A stretch of 57,480 bases of DNA from positions 1 to 57,480 of the forward strand of contig CBFDTP010000001.1 of NCBI GenBank assembly GCA_965612975.1, read 5' to 3'. Below the pieces are notes generated by a model. It saw only the letters and a list, made by a program, of their open reading frames with translations. It ran no database searches and was not told where the DNA came from. This DNA is from an uncultured Dehalococcoidia bacterium. Lineage in GTDB: Bacteria; Chloroflexota; Dehalococcoidia; SZUA-161; SpSt-899. The position numbers were made by a program, and so were the translations under genes. This document shows, in pieces, positions 54,078-57,480 of the stretch; position 1 is the stretch's first letter; each line of letters begins with the position of its first letter.

Positions 54078-55280
54078 CTATCCCTTAGAGCTCTTGCTCT
54101 TAAGCTCCTCCCTAAACCTGATGCGGAGTCTGCCATCTTCAAACCTGGCTCCTTCTATCGGCAGCCCGGCTAGAGTCCTTGGGAGCACTAGGTTGCGTTT
54201 GTACCTCCCTACCTGGACCAGGAGTTCGTCCCCGTTCTGGGTCAGGGAAATCTCCGCCTTCTCCACAAAAGGAAGGGGTATGATCAGCTCATAATAGCCG
54301 TCGGCCTTCTCTATCTCGCGAGGTCTCCCGTGGAAGAAAATCCGGGAAGGGTCTTCTTCCCCGAAGAGAACCTCTCCCATTCGCCGCAACATGGAGATTC
54401 CGGTGACCTCCTGGTCGAAGAGAGGGACATCGAGGATGGGGAGAGGGGCAAAGGATTCCTCGATGAGTTTATGATACTTAGCCTGGCTTTCCTTCCAGAA
54501 CTCAAAGTGTTCATCGGTCACCCCTTCCGGGATCATGCGGTTGCATACCACCAGGTCGGTGGGGTATCCGTAGAGGTTGAGGTAGGTGAAGGCTCGCTGA
54601 GCCTCCTTGATCACCATCTTCTCCGGGTTCAACACCAGCCTGACCGAAGTAACCTCAGCGTTGGTGAGCAGGGTACGTATGCGGTAGAGTTCTTCAAACA
54701 GATCTTCGGCGGCTCGAAAGACCTCATCCTCGGGGAGAGGAACATTGAGGAGGGGCTTTATGAAAGGGCGAGCAAGGCCTGCCGCCGTGCGCCCGATGGG
54801 GAACATCTTCTCCATCCACCAGCGCAGGATCTCGGGAAAGCTGAGAAACCTCAAGGTATCGGCTGTGGGGGCACAATCCACCACGATGACGTCATACTTT
54901 CCACCATCATAATGATCGACGATGTAAAGCAGGTTGGCCCCCTCCTCCATCCCGGGGAGGATGGCTATCTCCTCGGCCACGATTTCCTCTATTCCCCGCC
55001 AGGCAAGCAGAGCCTTAAACCACTCCTGGATGCGGGTCCAATGGCGCTCAAGCGTTCGAGACATCTCGGTCTCCTGCCCCCAAAGGTTAGAGGCAATGGG
55101 TTCCGGCTCGTTGCCCAGCTTTACCTCGAAGGAATCGCCCAGGCTGTGCGCGGCATCGGTGCTGAGGATGATGGTCTTATACCCCAGTTCGGCGCAGCGC
55201 AGAGCGGTCGCCGCTGCCACACTGGTCTTCCCCACCCCACCCTTTCCGGTATAAAGAATTATCCTCATCCCTCTTAGCAT
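54078..55280 (-). CDS. ArsA/Get3-family ATPase with a C-terminal Hsp20-like domain
   Basis: P-loop YTGKGGVGKTSVAAA, the STDAAHSLGD signature, and a C-terminal beta-sandwich-like segment (YELIIPLPFVEKAEISLTQNGDELLVQVG). The start may instead be at 55268. Confidence 0.85.
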   Translation of the reverse strand: MLRGMRIILYTGKGGVGKTSVAAATALRCAELGYKTIILSTDAAHSLGDSFEVKLGNEPEPIASNLWGQETEMSRTLERHWTRIQEWFKALLAWRGIEEIVAEEIAILPGMEEGANLLYIVDHYDGGKYDVIVVDCAPTADTLRFLSFPEILRWWMEKMFPIGRTAAGLARPFIKPLLNVPLPEDEVFRAAEDLFEELYRIRTLLTNAEVTSVRLVLNPEKMVIKEAQRAFTYLNLYGYPTDLVVCNRMIPEGVTDEHFEFWKESQAKYHKLIEESFAPLPILDVPLFDQEVTGISMLRRMGEVLFGEEDPSRIFFHGRPREIEKADGYYELIIPLPFVEKAEISLTQNGDELLVQVGRYKRNLVLPRTLAGLPIEGARFEDGRLRIRFREELKSKSSKG

Positions 55281-55318
55281 AGATTTACCGGCCGGTGATT
55301 GTCAATCCTGTGGGGGAC

Positions 55319-57480
55319 TTAAAGCTCAAGCTTCAGGGTAACGATCTCGAAAGGCCTCACCTTCAGGCTGATCCGGTTGCCCTCCGGCTTCAGCTCGCGT
55401 TCCTCCCTCTCCAACAGATCAGCAATCGCACATCTTTTGATTTTGCGGAAAAGCTCTACCTCGGCCAGGGTTTCCTCCCCCTTGGTCTCGAAGAACCTCA
55501 AAACCACCTCGTTGCCATCCTCGGCCCTCTTGAGAGTGGACAGAATGAGGTTGTTGGGGGAAAGCTTCAGGAAGGAGAATTCGGCCGGTAGCTCACCCCG
55601 ACAATTGGCCTGAAGGAGGAAAGGCTGGTGATGAAACTCCTGGCCATGCTTATAGGCCTCGCTCTGCTTCCAGTCGCCCTCGCTGTGCTGCACCGCGTAT
55701 TCGAAGGTGTAGTCTCGGTTCAGCTCAAGGGCATCGGGGGTGGGGATGAGGGGACCGGCATCACCGTCGGTGGAAAGCATGCTCACGCTCCTCAGAAGGG
55801 TGAGGTACACCTGGCTGTTCCTTATCTCCGAGGCGGGGATGCCTCGGTTCATGAAGGTTACCCCGCGCGTTCCGTCCCCATACCAGAACCAGGACAGGAA
55901 GTGAGGGATTCCGGCTGGCACCCCAGCCTTTTCCAGGGAAGCGAAGAGCTCGGTGGGCTCGGCGACCACGCCAAACTGGGACTCTCGGAAGTAGACCATC
56001 CGCTGTTTGAATGTGTCGAACACGACCCTCAGCCTGATGTGCGGGTACCGATTCCTTACCCGAGTCACGAACTCGATCCGGGGCAAATCCCGATAAACGA
56101 TGACCTCCTTGACCACATCCAGAACCCTATGTTTGTATAGTTTGGTGGGGAATTTTTCAAAGAGCCGGTAGGGCCAGCGGAGGCAGTAATAGCCCTCCTC
56201 TAGGATGAACTTAGTCTTGAGTTTCCCATCTTCGATTCTGAAGCTATCGGGCTTAAAGGTGCCGTAGTAAATTCCATCGCCGCTTTCGCTCTTGACCAGC
56301 TCGAAAAACATGTAGCGGTGGTAGTAGAGGTCCCCTACCTCATTTTCGATGTGAAGGTCATTCCCCCGAAGCACCAGCTTCCCCCTCTTATCAAAGACCT
56401 CGATTATCCCGGTACTGGGGTCTATCTTCAGCCGGAAAAACGGGCTCTCTATTTCGTTCTCCTTTGATATCAGCCCAGTTTTTGGTTCCCGCCGACGCTG
56501 CACGAGCTGGTATACTCGATAGCCCAGGGGAGGGAGGTCGGCGAGAAACCCCAGCCTGGCCGAGGTTATCCGCCCCAGACTATCCTTTTCCAGGCCGAGA
56601 ATTTGAGTCTCGATTTCTTCCCCGCCATGTTCCAGGCCGGGCTCCTTTTCCCATCCATCGAGCTTCAGCTCAACCTCACACCAGTTCTGCATCCTCCAGG
56701 GGAGCGGGTTGAAGGCCACCACCGCCTCCCCTCCGGTGTTTATTTGGCTGGCAATGAACTCGAGGGAGCTCTGTAGGATGTCTGAGAGTTCCTTCTCCAG
56801 GAAGGAGAATATTTCCCTCACCTCGTTATAGATTTCGTCTATCCCGCAGCCGGTGATGATGTCGTGGAAGGCGATAAAGCACATCTTCTCCCAGCACTCC
56901 CTGAGCCGGGCTTCAGGGTATTCCCGGCCCAGAAGCCAGGCCAGGGTAGAGGTCCACTCAGCCAGATTGAGCTGGCCTTCGCACTTCCTAGCCCCCTGGA
57001 CTATCCAGGCCCGGCTGGAACAAACCTGGGGGAAGACCTCCGCCAGATCCTCATCATAAAGCTCTCCCTCCTCCTTCTCGCTCTTCCTGAGGCTTTCCTC
57101 CTCCTTCTCTACCGCCCGGAAGAACTGAGACGGGGTGGCGATCAGCATTTGGGAGCCCTCATGCTCTTTGTTCCACCGGCGCACCGCCTCCACAATTTCC
57201 GGCTGAGGAGGGACCGCTCCACTTCCGGAGGGCATGAGAATGTGGGGGGTGGTAGCATATTTATTGAGCTCGATGTAGCTTTCCTCGAGCTTATCGAGGT
57301 AAAACCCGGCTCGATACCCCAGGGGCATCCAGTGGGCCAGGATGGTGGTTCCGTCCAAGCCCTTCCACAGGAACTCGCTCTGCATCTGCTTGGCTCCCCG
57401 GCGGAAAGCAACCCAGTGGTATCCCGACTTGCGGTAGATCTGTGGCATCTGGGCGTTCATTCCAAAGCTATCGGCGCACC
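55319..57480 (-). CDS. GH38-family alpha-mannosidase, N-terminally truncated by the window edge
   Basis: The reading frame stays open to position 57480 (..CADSFGMNAQMPQI). Middle and C-terminal GH38-like sequence ends in EVVLRFFETKGEE... Confidence 0.8.
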   Translation of the reverse strand, partial: CADSFGMNAQMPQIYRKSGYHWVAFRRGAKQMQSEFLWKGLDGTTILAHWMPLGYRAGFYLDKLEESYIELNKYATTPHILMPSGSGAVPPQPEIVEAVRRWNKEHEGSQMLIATPSQFFRAVEKEEESLRKSEKEEGELYDEDLAEVFPQVCSSRAWIVQGARKCEGQLNLAEWTSTLAWLLGREYPEARLRECWEKMCFIAFHDIITGCGIDEIYNEVREIFSFLEKELSDILQSSLEFIASQINTGGEAVVAFNPLPWRMQNWCEVELKLDGWEKEPGLEHGGEEIETQILGLEKDSLGRITSARLGFLADLPPLGYRVYQLVQRRREPKTGLISKENEIESPFFRLKIDPSTGIIEVFDKRGKLVLRGNDLHIENEVGDLYYHRYMFFELVKSESGDGIYYGTFKPDSFRIEDGKLKTKFILEEGYYCLRWPYRLFEKFPTKLYKHRVLDVVKEVIVYRDLPRIEFVTRVRNRYPHIRLRVVFDTFKQRMVYFRESQFGVVAEPTELFASLEKAGVPAGIPHFLSWFWYGDGTRGVTFMNRGIPASEIRNSQVYLTLLRSVSMLSTDGDAGPLIPTPDALELNRDYTFEYAVQHSEGDWKQSEAYKHGQEFHHQPFLLQANCRGELPAEFSFLKLSPNNLILSTLKRAEDGNEVVLRFFETKGEETLAEVELFRKIKRCAIADLLEREERELKPEGNRISLKVRPFEIVTLKLEL

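Noticed and set aside
1-57480. Scanned for rRNA, tmRNA, RNase P RNA, SRP RNA, group II intron or retron reverse transcriptases, toxin-antitoxin pairs and known defence-gene signatures.
   Set aside because: None of the characteristic conserved cores or protein motifs were seen. Absence by eye is not proof, and an Rfam or DefenseFinder run would be decisive.

Overview
This is a 57.5-kb chromosomal window from a moderately GC-rich bacterium. Gene content and order (der-plsY-gpsA, a short IF-2, COG1900/NIL-ferredoxin homocysteine genes, several archaeal-type families) look Chloroflexota/Dehalococcoidia-like. That assignment is inference only, since no search was possible.

Most of the window is densely packed housekeeping genes:
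- the nusA-ylxR-infB-rbfA-truB operon
- prfB with its classical +1 frameshift
- gyrA, der-plsY-gpsA, argC, nth, lgt, fur, cysE, gltX, pyrF, rsmI and an EF-G paralog

Embedded in this are several less ordinary modules:
1. An ino1 / GT4 / CDP-alcohol-phosphatidyltransferase operon, predicted to make phosphatidylinositol(-mannoside) lipids.
2. A complete COG1900 / NIL-ferredoxin / COG2122 / CysE sulfur-incorporation cluster with an extra translationally coupled Cys4 mini-protein.
3. An ECF sigma / anti-sigma / triple-repeat secreted protein module whose two 5' regions share an identical 15-mer.
4. A UPF0282-like MBL / Cys-rich protein / MBL operon next to an AT-rich VIT-like gene.
5. An ArsA/Get3-like ATPase with an Hsp20-like tail and a small partner ORF.
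6. A decayed mobile, low-GC island (about 44.3-50.1 kb) wrapped around two tandem tRNA-Pro genes. It holds an IS481-family element that clipped the 3' end of a DUF951 gene, a low-GC TetR plus methylmalonyl-CoA epimerase cassette, short relics of a second IS481-type transposase and of an SF2 helicase, and a frameshifted IS1634-family element. Next to the tRNAs is an AT-rich orphan membrane-protein gene driven by a promoter that copies the tRNA promoter architecture.

I saw no CRISPR array, rRNA, integrase, reverse transcriptase or recognisable defence system. The candidates for novelty are small-protein or unknown-function modules and are scored modestly. All product calls come from motif recognition by eye, not from database searches.
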